From contig CM076000.1 of NCBI GenBank assembly GCA_038087875.1, positions 372,001 to 436,000 of the forward strand: 64,000 nucleotides of DNA. The letters run 5' to 3'. This stretch comes from Malacoraja senta. Its lineage: Eukaryota. Position 1 is the first letter of the stretch, and the number at the start of each line of letters is the position of its first letter. Of this stretch, positions 25,601 through 36,696 are shown piece after piece. Both the position numbers and the translations under genes were made by a program. The notes under the pieces are model-generated. The model had not been told where the DNA came from. It saw nothing but the letters and a program-made list of their open reading frames with translations, and did no database searches.

Positions 25601-26150
25601 ATGAGGAAGCACAATCTGCCACAGGCAATGATGGTCCAATTCTATACGCCCATTGTAGAGTCTGTAGAGTCCATCATGGTCTGGTTTGGCTCAGCCACCA
25701 AGCACGACATCTGGAGGCTGCAGCGAATCGTCCGATCAGCTGAGAAGGTTATTGGCTGCAACCTTCCCTCCATTGATGAACTGTACACTGCAAGGGCCAG
25801 GAAGCGAGCGGGTAAAATAATCTCCGACCCCTCTCACCCTGGCCACAAACTCTTTGAATCACTTCCCTGTAGAAGGCGACTCCGGACTGTCAAAGCCGCC
25901 ACAGCCAGACATAAAAACAGTTTTTATCCACTAGTAGTTGCTCTACTCAACAGCCAAAAATCTGTAGCCTTCCTTTGATCTGGTATTTTACTTAATTCAC
26001 ATGTTTAATCAATAATGTTTTATTACTAATGTTTAATGTTTTATGTGTCATTCCTAACTGTCACTGTATGTCATTGTCACTTGTGGGCGGAGCACCAAGG
26101 CAAATTCCTTGTATGTGAATACTTGGCCAATAAACTTATTCATTCATTCA
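25601..26150 (+). mobile_element. Rex1/Babar-type LINE 3' end
   Basis: RKHNLPQAMMVQFY...IMVWFGSATKHDIWRLQRIVRSAEKVIGCNLPSIDELY...IISDPSHPGHKLFESLP; aataaa followed by an (attc)n tail. Confidence 0.85.
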
Positions 26151-26221
26151 TATTTAAGTTTAGGTCCTAAAGACGTTGATTAGCAGTCATTGATGCATAC
26201 CACATTGTCCTTAAAAGTTCA

Positions 26222-26410
26222 AAAGGATCTGCAGATGTAGGTTAACAAAAAAAAAAAGATGTGGCTGGAGAAAACACAGGAGACCAAGGATAAATGACAT
26301 TTCGGTTCGGGACCCTTCTTCAGATCAGTCAAACCCGAAACGTCACTTATCCATGTTTCTCAGGGATGTTGCCTGACCTGTCAAGTTACTCCAGCAGTTT
26401 GTGCCTCTTT
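26222..26410. mobile_element. Fold-back Penelope-derived mini-element
   Basis: Minus-strand CTGAAGAagggtcccgaaccGAAAtgtc abuts plus-strand cccgaaacgtcac. Confidence 0.75.
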
Positions 26411-27439
26411 AAAAAAAAATAAAAGTGAGAGTTTGATTTACCTCAAATACACCAACTTCACAAAAGTGAATGTTGTTTTTCAAAGATAGTAGATCATTTA
26501 ATCTTGGAAAGCAAATTTCTGGATCTTGGTACATGCTCTACAAAGGAGATCAGCGTTCCGTTGGTGTATAAATAACAGCTAGCAACATTAATCAGTGTTA
26601 TTTTGGCAGCAAAGTCTGTCACTTTTGCACAAATGTCACACCTTTGTTTTCCAAATATCATAATCTAATGTATTCCTACAAACATCGGGATACATCCATG
26701 CTATTTCTTGTAACATTAAGAATGATAAAAGCTTTAAGTTTTAAAACTCCAAGTTTAGTTTGAAGAACCTTGTGTCAATGTGCCAAAAGTATAATATGAT
26801 CTAGGTTTGAGATGGATTGGAATCTCATTTGTTGAGAGTGTGAAGTGGACAGTGCACTTAAAATATATAAACAGATTAATGTCTTTGTGAGCATAATGTC
26901 AGTCGTCCATTTAAAAAATACTGCCAAAAGCTACATCAATATTCTGCCGAAGGATATTGAAGCTTAAATATAGCTGACAACATAATGATAGTGCTCAGCG
27001 AGAAGAAAACAAATCTGCAGGGTTAAAACCATGAAGTGCATACATTGGAGAATGTATATAGTGTGCAATTGCTGCAGCATCATTGTAGGTGCTTCACAAA
27101 AATATGTCTCCCTCTTCAACACAATGTGACAGCAGCAAACACAAGATCACTTCAGCTCATCTAAACATTTCAGTTAATCAAGTAAAAAATTGATTAAATT
27201 AGTCATTTGCATCAAGCTTTCAGAATATTTAATTCAGTCTTAAGCCTGTGTTGAAAAATAGTTTGCAAGAACAATAAATGCATCCTTACAGCTAAAACCT
27301 AGCTTTCTACAAGGTTAAGGTGCAATGTTTTCAAAGGCCTTCCCAAGGTGCTACAGGGCAGAGGCCTTCCCAAGGTGCTGTGGCTAAATCTGCATTGTGT
27401 GGTACCAAGGCTCTGACCCCAGATGACTTCTCAGGTAAT

Positions 27440-27570
27440 AGGAAAGAACTGCAGATGCTGGTTTATGAAAAAAAGATAGGCACAAAGTGCTGGAGCAACA
27501 AAGTGAGCCAGGCAGCATCTCTGGACAAAAGGATAGGTGATTTTTCAGGTCAGGACCCTTCTTCAGACCT
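27440..27570 (-). mobile_element. Penelope-derived mini-element with hammerhead-like core
   Basis: Minus strand reads ggtCTGAAGAagggtcctgacctGAAAaatcacctatcc...catctgcagttc. Confidence 0.75.
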
Positions 27571-27889
27571 CTATCAGGCTTTGACAGAAGACAAAAACGA
27601 TGGCAGAACTATGCCAGTTACCAAAGGTGATATTTTTAATAAGTTTATGTATCTTTAAAATTCAGAGCCATTGAATATATTTAAGTAAATAATCGAAAGG
27701 AAATTGATATATTTGGGATGTTATTATTGAGTAACTCAGTAGAAAATTTTAAAAACCATTAAATTAGTGTAAAGTAAATTACAAAAAGAAAGCATTTCTC
27801 CTCTGCCTTCTAATCTGCAGGGTTGAAATCCTAAATGAAATCAGTGGGTCTTGAATCCTGCACCAGCTCTGATGAACTCTGATGAATAT

Positions 27890-30153
27890 AAGAGGTTGTG
27901 GGTGGCGTGATGACGTATGGTGTTTTTTCCAAGTGTCGCAACTTTTTTTGTCGCCGCTGGATTTTGAAATGTTGAAAACAGAGGCGACCTGGTTGTTCTG
28001 TGGTTGGACCTCGCCAATGCCTATGGGTCCATACCGCACACACTGGTTGAGCTTGCACTACACCGACACCATGTTCCCAGCAAGATCAAGGTCCTGATCC
28101 TGGATTAATACCATAATTTCAGGCTGAGGGTGACTTCTGGGTCAGAAACATCAGACTGGCATCGGCTTGAAAAAAGAATAATAACGGGCTGCACCATTTC
28201 TGTTATTCTTTTTGCTCTTGCCATGAACATGGTGGCCAAGTCAGCCGAGGTGGAATGCAGAGGCCCCCTAACCAAGTCTGGTGTACGACAGCCCCCTATA
28301 AGAGCTTTTATGGACGACCTTACCATCACCACAACATCGGTCCCAAGAAGTAGGTGGATCCTACAAGGTCTTGAGAAACATATCACCTGGGCAAGGATGA
28401 GTTTCAAGCCAACAAAGTCAAGGTCCATGGTGCTGAAGAAGGGGAAGGTGACTGACAGATTCCACTTCTTACTATCCAGAACTGCCATTCCTTCCATCAC
28501 TGAGCAACCTGTCAAAAGTTTGGGGAAGGTATTTGACGCAACTGAAAGACTCTGCCGCCATTCAAAAGTCCATCGAAGACCTTGAAGGCTGGCTCACCAA
28601 AGTCAACAAGTCAGGTCTGCCTGGCAGATTCAAGGCCTGGATCTATCAGCATTCCATCCTGCCCCGAGTCCTGTGGCCTCTGCTGGTTTAGACTGTTCCA
28701 TTGACCACAGTTGAGTCCCTCGAAAGGAAGATCAGCGGCTTTCTCCGCAGGTGGCTTGGCCTTCCCCGCAGCCTCAACAGTGCAGCACTGTATGGGACCA
28801 GTAACATCTTGCAGCTCCCATTCACTGGCCTCACAGAAGAGTTTATGGTGGCGCGAACAAGAGAAGCTGCAGTACAGGGACTCCAGGGACATGAAGGTGT
28901 CAACAGCTGGCATCGAGGTGAGAACAGGGAGGAAATGGAGGGCGGAGAAAGCAGTGGAGGTGGCAGAGTCACGCCTAAGGCAAAAGGCATTGGTGGGAGT
29001 CATGGCAACTGGCAGAGCGGGTTTGGGATACTTCCCTAAGACGGCAAGGCCCGGGGCAAGGAGAGACACCATCTAATCCAGGAAGAGGTCCGAGCAGGTG
29101 TGGAGGAAGAGCGTGTGAGCAGGACAGTGGGGCTCAGGCAGCAGGAAGCGTGGACAAGGTGCGAGAGCATACTGCAGCGCAGGATTACTTGGTCAAACAT
29201 CATGCAGGCAGACTTCCAGCGCGTCCGGTTCCGTGTCCAACCTGTCTACGAAGCCCTACCAAGCCCAGCAAACCTCCACGTCTGGGGCAAGAGTGAGACA
29301 CCTACCTGCCCACTTTGCTCTGGAAGAGGATCATTGGAACATCTCCTCAGCAGCTGCCCAAAGTCCCTTGGGGAAGGTCGCTATCGGTGGCGCCATGACC
29401 AGGTGCTCAAGGTGGTTGCTGAGAGCATAGCCACTGCCATCAGTATGAGCAAACACCACCACGCCCCAAAGAAATAAATCACTTTTGTCAAGGCTGGAGA
29501 GAAGCCTCGTCCACAACCAAAAACAAGGACAGGCCTCCTCTACACAGCTACTGACTGGCAGCTGCATGTCGATCTGGGCAAACAGCTGAAATTTCCACAG
29601 CACATCACTCCGGCCAGACATGATCATCACCTCCAAAGTGACAAAACAGCTGATCATTCTGGAGCTGACAGTGCCCTGGGAAGAGCGTATTGAAGAGGCT
29701 AACGAGAGGAAACGCGCAAAGTACCAGGAACTGGTGGAGATGTGCCAGGACAGCGGCTGGAAGACATACTATGAGCCCATAGAGGTGGGCTGTAGAGGCT
29801 TTGCAGGATGCTCACTCTGCAAAGTCCTCAACCAGTTGGGGATTATGGGGCTGGCAAAGAGGAGGGCCATTCAATCCGCAAGCGAAGCCGCAGAGAAAGC
29901 CACTAGGTGGCTTTGGATTAAGAGGGCTGATCCGTGGGCGGTTGCTGCTGGGACGCAAGTCAGGGCCTGATCAACCCTGGCTGGGTCGCCTGGGTGAGGG
30001 TGTCTGATGTTGTGAGACCCGAAACACCCGATGACCCCAGGTGACATCACTGAGGATGCATCCCAGCGCATCTAGAAGATGTATCTTTCACACTGGCGAC
30101 ACTGATATGACGGCGGCAGTCGCCGAAAAAAATCGCCAAGTGGGACAGGCCCT
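27890..30153. mobile_element. Harbinger-type MITE split by the HERO insertion; left TIR not found
   Basis: Left piece 27890-27978 (tgtcgccgctggattttgaaatgttgaaaa); right piece about 30094-30153 ending in the TIR gtgggacaggccct followed by tta. Confidence 0.65.
27974..30093 (+). mobile_element. 5'-truncated HERO-type (R2-group, RLE) non-LTR retrotransposon, disabled
   Basis: RT motifs WLDLANAYGSIPH, GCTISVILF, AFMDDL; CCHC finger CPLCSGRGSLEHLLSSC; RLE motifs RHDQVL, RPD, ELTVPWEE, KRAKY; several frameshifts and stops. Confidence 0.9.
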
Positions 30154-30361
30154 TTATACTTTCTAATTGCTCGGTAGATTATTTTCCCCTCAAGTGGCAA
30201 TCCTCAATTGTCACTTTTGTAAACCCTGCCGAACTGATTCCACTACATTTTACCGGCAACAGGCTACAAAACAAATCTACTCTGCGAAAAAAAAAATCTT
30301 AACATTTAATCGAGTCCGTCTAAAAAATTAAATGTTCTCTTCACTAACCATTCACTAATAC

Positions 30362-31100
30362 AACACAATAATACTTTATTAGCCTAGTATGTTTTGTAAC
30401 ATACGAGGAATTTCATTTACCAAGTCAGTCATCATACAAATAAAAAGCAACAGAACACACAAAATACATTTTAACATAAACATCCACCACAGTGACTCCT
30501 CCACCTTCCTCACTGTGATGGAAGGCAATAAAAAAAGTTCAATCTCTTCCCTTCTTTGTTCTCCTGCGGTCGGAGACCTCGAGCCTTCCATTGATGGGGC
30601 GATCTTACTCCCGTAGCGGGCGGTTGGGCCCTCCGCATCGGGGCAATCAAGCTCCTGCATCGGGGGGGAAATCTCAGCTCCCCCCTGCCGGCGATCAGAC
30701 CCCGGGTGGGGCTGGTTGAACCTTCAGCGTCGTTGGAGCCAGGGACTGCGAGCTCTCGATGGTAAAATCCACAGGCCTCGGTTGGAGCAATCCCAGGCAA
30801 GGGATCAACTCCGATGGTAAGTCCACGCCACGCGGTGGGGCTCAAAGTCAGTCCCGAGAAAGGCCATCCTGCTCCACTATGCAAGGCCTCAGAGCGACCG
30901 GAGATACGACCCAGAAAATAATCGCATCTCCGGCAGTGTAACAGATTGAAATAAAAGTTTCCCCCGCCCCCACATAAAACAAACCAGAGAACATTTACAC
31001 AAACCTTAATTAAAACACACGAAAAATAACAAAAAATATGAAAAAAACAGACAGACTGTTGGCGAGGCTGCCAATCGTGCGGCGCCCCTATGGTCATTCT
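30362..31100 (-). mobile_element. Non-autonomous retroposon with a Rex1/Babar-type 3' tail
   Basis: Minus-strand tail aaattcctcgtatgttacaaaacatactaggctaataaa resembles 26102-26134; GC-rich non-coding body. Confidence 0.65.
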
Positions 31101-31116
31101 CACTGCTTGACCCATT

Positions 31117-33110
31117 CAGGGCTGCCAACATTGGGTGAGAGTTGGGAGTGAGAAATTGCGAGAGACGAAGCCCGAGGGCACGCAGCGTCCGAAATCGGGG
31201 GGTGGGGGGAGGGGGGGAGGGGAGGGGAGGGGGGGGGTACGGAGCTTTTGCCTTTTTCAGCTTGAAATTGTGGAATCTGGTGCATACTGTAGAGAGGTTT
31301 TATTCTACACTTGAATGCAATATTTATGCTTTAAATTGGATTAGCTAGGAATAAGGTTTGGCTAAATTACATTCCTAATTTCATTCCACAGTAGAGCCAG
31401 GCTCTGATCAACAGATGCAGCACATGAATGATCTTAATATATTCATGTATGGAAATCAGATTATAATCAAACACTTGGCCCATGTTGACCAACCTGGGTC
31501 TCACTGCACACCTGGTACCACTCCTGACCCCGACTCCAGTTGCATACCTTGGGTCCAGCCTTACAACTAGCCCCCTATTCTACCCTGATCATAGCTGCTT
31601 ACCTGCTTAGGTTCCCAGTGCTGAACACTCCCATTGTCCCAGCTTTGACTGCATTCCAGACCTTGACTCTGGATGCACACTTGGCCTTGCTCCTAGCCCC
31701 TCTGCACTGACAATATATCTGGCCCACACATAAAGCCCCATATCTGACCCCCTGGACTTAACCTATTACGTCCGTCCACAGGTGCTTATCTAATGCGGTA
31801 ATCTTTTATGTGGCACGTCATGGACAAAATTTTGTATAACAAAATGTGCTACATCCATTGGCTTCCTTGTTATGTAACGTGCTAGTTACTTTGTCAATGA
31901 AATCATCAATTGGTTGAACACAATTTCTCATCCATAAAATTATACTCACTCAGCTGTATGTATTCTGTTACCGTTTCCCTCATTTTCCTAACAAACTGTC
32001 CTGAAGTCATTTTCACCCCCAATATTTTCAGTATTTTGCTGACTTCCTCTCAGCTCCGAAATGCAAAGTCCAATAACTATATATTTAAGCAATATTATTC
32101 TATTAAATGTGACCTTGAGAATACATAATATTTTCTGTGGTATTCATAACACAACAATGATAAAAAAGATCTTTGTTTTGATTGCACCTACCAACATGCA
32201 TACATTATTATATTACAGTTAATATGTACCGAGGGCAAATTTTTATTCCAATGCTCCCCATTCCCATTTACTTTTACATTGAAGCGATTGAAATCGAGGT
32301 GAAGTTTAAATGGCATCAGAAAAATAAAACCTCCGGAATGGATGATATTTATTATGTGCTTGGTTGGAGTCAGTATCAGCACAATTAGTATATTAAACTT
32401 TGAAACTTCAGATGTGCTGGTTCAGGCTAAAACTAAAGACAAATAATAACCTCCTCACACATTCCCCTGCAAGTATCTCTCACGCCTTTAAAATATGCCC
32501 CTTCTTTGAACAAGCTCTTAAACATCGCATCTGAATCAGTTTCAATCTGATTACACTCCTTGAGGATGTTCATCTACGTGTTCAATTAATAAAACAACGA
32601 GATTGGGGACATTTCTATTCAACCTGTCAAAGGAATTTGGGGGGGGGTTTAGAAATAGTCAGTGAGGTAAACAAACATAATAGTTGAGTGGCAAATGACA
32701 ATAGTGCTACCTTCCCAATATTTAACTGAAGGAAATAATGGGTCATTTGGGCTGTATGTTGTGACAGACAGCCTGACACCTTGCATGTCATTTTAATATT
32801 ACACTTATCACATCCCCCTGGATATTCTGGATTAATAAATTAAGGTTTTGTCAACTAATTACAAATCAGGCTAATTAAAAATGAATAACATTAGCCAACT
32901 CCGAAACACGAAGCGCTGAGCATTGTGATCCGGACATCACGGACAACTGGCCTCAGTTCCCCACTCACATCTGGCAGTGCTCTCTGTCTGAACCAGGGGC
33001 CACGGAGCGTTTTTGAAAGTGGGGGTGCTGAGCTATCACTGATCACTCGCCTTGGGGGTACCCGGCGAGGGAGTGGAGCAACCGAGTGGAGGGAGGGTGT
33101 GGGAGGGGGG
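31117..33110 (+). repeat. Left copy of a ~2 kb inverted repeat, starting with the hAT-type terminus CAGGGCTGCCAAC
   Basis: Colinear reverse complement of 45952-48365; for example ORF 32182-32388(+) differs from 46651-46872(-) at 5 of 68 residues. Confidence 0.92.
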
Positions 33111-33199
33111 TGTCCCCCCTCCCATGGTAGGGATCTTTTGAAATATGATGTATTAAAATCGTATGATTTCAATGTTTTTTGTTTGAAGTATTTTTAAGA

Positions 33200-33420
33200 G
33201 GTAACTTTTTTTAAGGGTGGTGGGTGTATGGAACAAGCTGCCAGTTGAGGTAGTTGAGGAAGGGACTATCCCAACATTTAAGAAAGTTACACTGATACAT
33301 GGATAGGACTGGTTTGGGGGGATATGGACCAAACGCAGGTAGTGTAGCTGGGACATGTTGGCGGGTGTGGGCAAGTTGTGCCGACAGGCCTGTTTTCACA
33401 CTGTATCACTCTATGACTAC
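33200..33420 (+). mobile_element. CR1 3' tail fragment
   Basis: aagggtggtgggtgtatggaacaagctgcc...ctgtatcactctatgact. Confidence 0.85.
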
Positions 33421-33487
33421 ATTATACCTCCACCATGCATGAATGCTTCAAAATCAAGTGGTCGAGTTTTATTGCCATATACTCAAA

Positions 33488-33826
33488 GCATAGAAACATA
33501 GAAAATAGGTGCAGGAATAGGCCATTCGGCCCTTCGAGCCTGCACTGCCATTCAATATGATCATGGCTGTTCATCTAAAATCAGTACCTCTTTCCTGTTT
33601 CTTCCCTATATCCCTTGATTTCGCGAGCCCCAAGTGCTAAATGTAACTCTTGAAAACATCCAGTGAATTGGCTTCCACTGCCTTCTGTGGCAGAGAATTC
33701 CACAGATTCACAACTCTCTGGGTGAAGAAGGTTTGTCCTCATCTCAGTCCTAACTGGCCTACCCTTTATTCTTAAACTGTGACCCCTGGTTCTGAACTCC
33801 CCCAACATCGGGAACATTTTTCCTGC
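33488..33826 (-). mobile_element. CR1/HER1 3' end
   Basis: Starts catagaaacatagaaaatagg, the reverse complement of the tttctatg tail. Confidence 0.9.
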
Positions 33827-33981
33827 AGTTGCAGTAAGTGAAAATCTAGCAGGCAAGCAGGATGCTTTCTCCAACCACCCCCATTTGAAGGCCACTATCT
33901 TTCACTCTTTCTACCCAGTGCTTGGTACCTATTTTCAGCAGCTACTGGTTGTCCTCCAGGATGCATCGAGCCGCAGCCTGA

Positions 33982-34144
33982 AGGGCCTGTCCCGCAGGCC
34001 ATCTTTTGGGCGACTGCAAGCGACAGTGGCAACAATTGTTGCTATCGGAGGTTGTCGTAGGTTGTCGCGAGGTGTCGTAGGTGAATGCTAGTAAAACTGG
34101 TCCCCGACAGTCGCCTAAAGAGTCGCCTCAGTGGGACAGGCCCA
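33982..34144. mobile_element. Short Harbinger-type MITE
   Basis: Ends agggcctgtccc and gtgggacaggccc; same TIR family as 47723-48160. Confidence 0.78.
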
Positions 34145-34364
34145 TACGTTGTGGGAATAGCGTAGATCAGGGGAGCCGCGACCAGCTGTGTCACTCGTTG
34201 TCCAGCCCACTCTCCAAGTCGCCGATAGACGCAAAAAGCCGGAGTAACATCCAATTTCCTCTCTGTGTCTGTGGACCGACTCCAAGCACCAGAGGCCCAT
34301 TGATCTGCGGCACTGCTCGATACGTGATTGGCTTTGTGGAGATCAGAGCCAGATGTCACCGTGT

Positions 34365-34850
34365 CCCAACACTCGGCCCTACACAGCCCTGCACATTAAC
34401 ACTATCCTACACACACTAGGGACAATTTACACTTATACCAAGCCAATTAACCAGAAACGTCACCCATTCCTTCCCTCCAGAAATGCTGCCTGACCCGCTA
34501 AGTTACTCCAGCACTTTGTGTCTATTGGTTTAAACCAGCATCTGCAGTTCCTTCCTACACATGTACCTGTCCAAATGCCGTTTAAATGTCATTGTGGTAA
34601 TTTCAAGTGTAGATTGAAGACAAGAGTGTTTAGTTGTCGCGTGCAGCGACATCAGAACAATGACATTCTCAGTTGCTGCACCTTAACAGGCCGGTTAAAG
34701 CAACAACACACAGATACATGATAGATTGATTTAGTTTACTATTGCCACCTGTAGCGAGGTACAGGAAAAAGCTTTTGTTGCGTGCTATCCGGTAAATGCA
34801 AGCAAGCCGCTCACAACGTACAGATAAAGGAGAACGGGCGCAAAATATAT
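34365..34850. mobile_element. Patchwork of short fragments (V-SINE, PLE mini-element, Rex1-type tails)
   Basis: Minus SINE piece 34370-34452, PLE piece 34453-34560, and tail pieces such as gaggtacaggaaaaagcttttgttgcgtgcta (cf. 61130-61165). Confidence 0.65.
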
Positions 34851-34939
34851 AATCAATAATACAATGGATTAATAATCAGTAATATTGGGTAATCATCCCG
34901 GCATATCAGCGGAGGCCCAAGTATTAGCATTACAATTAA

Positions 34940-35213
34940 TGCCCCACAGCGCCGGAGACCCGGGTTCGATCCTGGTCTCGGGTGCTGTCTGTGTGGAGTT
35001 TGCATGTTCTCCCTGTGACCGCGTGGGTGTCCTCCGGGTGCTCCTGTTTCCTCCCACATCCCAAAGATGTGCGGGTTTGTAGGTTAATTGCCCCCAAGTG
35101 TGTAGGGAGTGGATGAGAAAGTGGGATAACAGAACCAGTGTGAATGGGTGATCGATGGTCGGCACGGACTCGAGGGGCCGAAGGGCCTGTTTCCACGCTG
35201 TATCTTTGAACTA
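34940..35213 (+). mobile_element. HE1-like V-SINE with clipped 5' end
   Basis: B box ggttcgatcc, V-domain, gggccgaagggcctgtttccacgctgtatct tail. Confidence 0.9.
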
Positions 35214-35606
35214 ATTATAATATTGAACAAATCAAGACTTGCGTATCGGATTCAAACATGAACAATATTATCCCAAGGTTGCAGAGTATTTGAATGGCAT
35301 TTACTGCATAATCCCTGAGGTTATTCTTTGTAAACCGGGCCTTTATAAATCAGAGGCCCGGGAGCCGTTGGAGCGAGAGGAGGAGTTTCCGGGCGGTGAG
35401 TTTAAAAACGGAGCGCGGGGCTTGCTATCACAGAGGTCCAGGAGCCGTTGGAGCGAGAGGAGGAATACCCAATCTGTAACGTTCCATCACACTTCCAAGG
35501 AAGTGGTCTGGTGGAAGCTGATGATTGGTGGAAGCGGACTAGAGGGAGTAGCTGATTGGGAGCAACCCCAGGTTTGCATTTCTGCTTTCTGGTTAAGAGT
35601 AGAGAG

Positions 35607-36625
35607 CGAGGGTACAGTGAGCTAGGGTACAGTGAGGGTACAGTGAGTTAGGGTACAGTGAGTTAGGGTACAGTAAGGGTACAGTGAGTTAGGGTACAGT
35701 AAGGGTACAGTGAGTTGAGGGTACAGTGAGTTGAGGGTACAGTGAGTTGAGGGTACAGCGAGTTGAGGGTACAGCGAGTTGAGGGTACAGCGAGTTGAGG
35801 GTACAGCGAGTTGAGGGTACAGCGAGTTGAGGGTACAGCGAGTTGAGGGTACAGCGAGTTGAGGGTACAGCGAGTTGAGGGTACAGCGAGTTGAGGGTAC
35901 AGCGAGTTGAGGGTACAGCGAGTTGAGGGTACAGCGAGTTGAGGGTACAGTGAGTTGAGGGTACAGTGAGTTGAGGGTACAGTGAGTTGAGGGGACAGTG
36001 AGTTGAGGGGACAGTGAGTTGAGGGGACAGTGAGTTGAGGGGACAGTGAGTTGAGGGGACAGTGAGTTGAGGGGACAGTGAGTTGAGGGGACAGTGAGTT
36101 GAGGGGACAGTGAGCTGAGGGTACAGTGAGCTGAGGGTACAGTGAGCTGAGGGTACAGTGAGCTGAGGGTACAGTGAGCTGAGGGTACAGTGAGCTGAGG
36201 GTACAGTGAGCTGAGGGTACAGTGAGTTGAGGGTACAGTGAGTTGAGGGTACAGTGAGTTGAGGGTACAGTGAGTTGAGGGTACAGTGAGTTGAGGGTAC
36301 AGTGAGTTGAGGGTACAGTGAGTTGAGGGTACAGTGAGTTGAGGGTACAGTGAGTTGAGGGTACAGTGAGTTGAGGGTACAGTGAGTTGAGGGTACAGTG
36401 AGTTGAGGGTACAGTGAGTTGAGGGTACAGTGAGTTGAGGGTACAGTGAGTTGAGGGTACAGTGAGTTGAGGGTACAGTGAGTTGAGGGTACAGTGAGTT
36501 GAGGGTACAGTGAGTTGAGGGTACAGTGAGTTGAGGGTACAGTGAGTTGAGGGTACAGTGAGTTGAGGGTACAGTGAGTTGAGGGTACAGTGCGTTAAGG
36601 GTACAGTGCGTTAAGGGTACAGTGC
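35607..36625 (+). repeat. 16-bp minisatellite (GAGTTGAGGGTACAGT)n, about 60 units, in the LINE 5' UTR
   Basis: Directly visible; variant units occur in contiguous blocks. Confidence 0.98.
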
Positions 36626-36696
36626 TTTTTAGTAAAGGCACAGTTTAAAGGATTAAGATTTCTATAGTGCGAGTTGATTTAATTTGGGGGCAAGCC

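Noticed and set aside
27335..27380. Short tandem duplications (also 45929-45952 and 57204-57237)
   Set aside because: Two-copy 12-18 bp slippage or repair duplications, which are common and show no further structure.
30004..30025. Hammerhead ribozyme in the HERO 3' UTR (CTGATG...CGAAAC)
   Set aside because: The core reads CTGATGT rather than CUGANGA, and no UH cleavage site with compatible stems can be built.
29985..30045. SECIS element
   Set aside because: It has tandem GA pairs, but the upper helix is too short, there is no apical AA motif at the expected distance, and there is no selenoprotein context; a k-turn fits better.
32182..32388. Duplicated small gene (68-73 aa ORFs here and at 46651-46872)
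   Set aside because: The similarity simply reflects the 2-kb inverted repeat; the start is non-ATG, the stops differ, and no domain is recognisable.
35607..36625. CRISPR-like or telomeric array
   Set aside because: There are no unique spacers, and TTAGGG occurs only in a few variant units, never as tandem hexamers.
35622..36641. 339-aa ORF with PQLTVPSTHCTLNSLY repeats
   Set aside because: Translation artefact of the 16-bp minisatellite (three units give 16 codons without a stop), antisense to the LINE.
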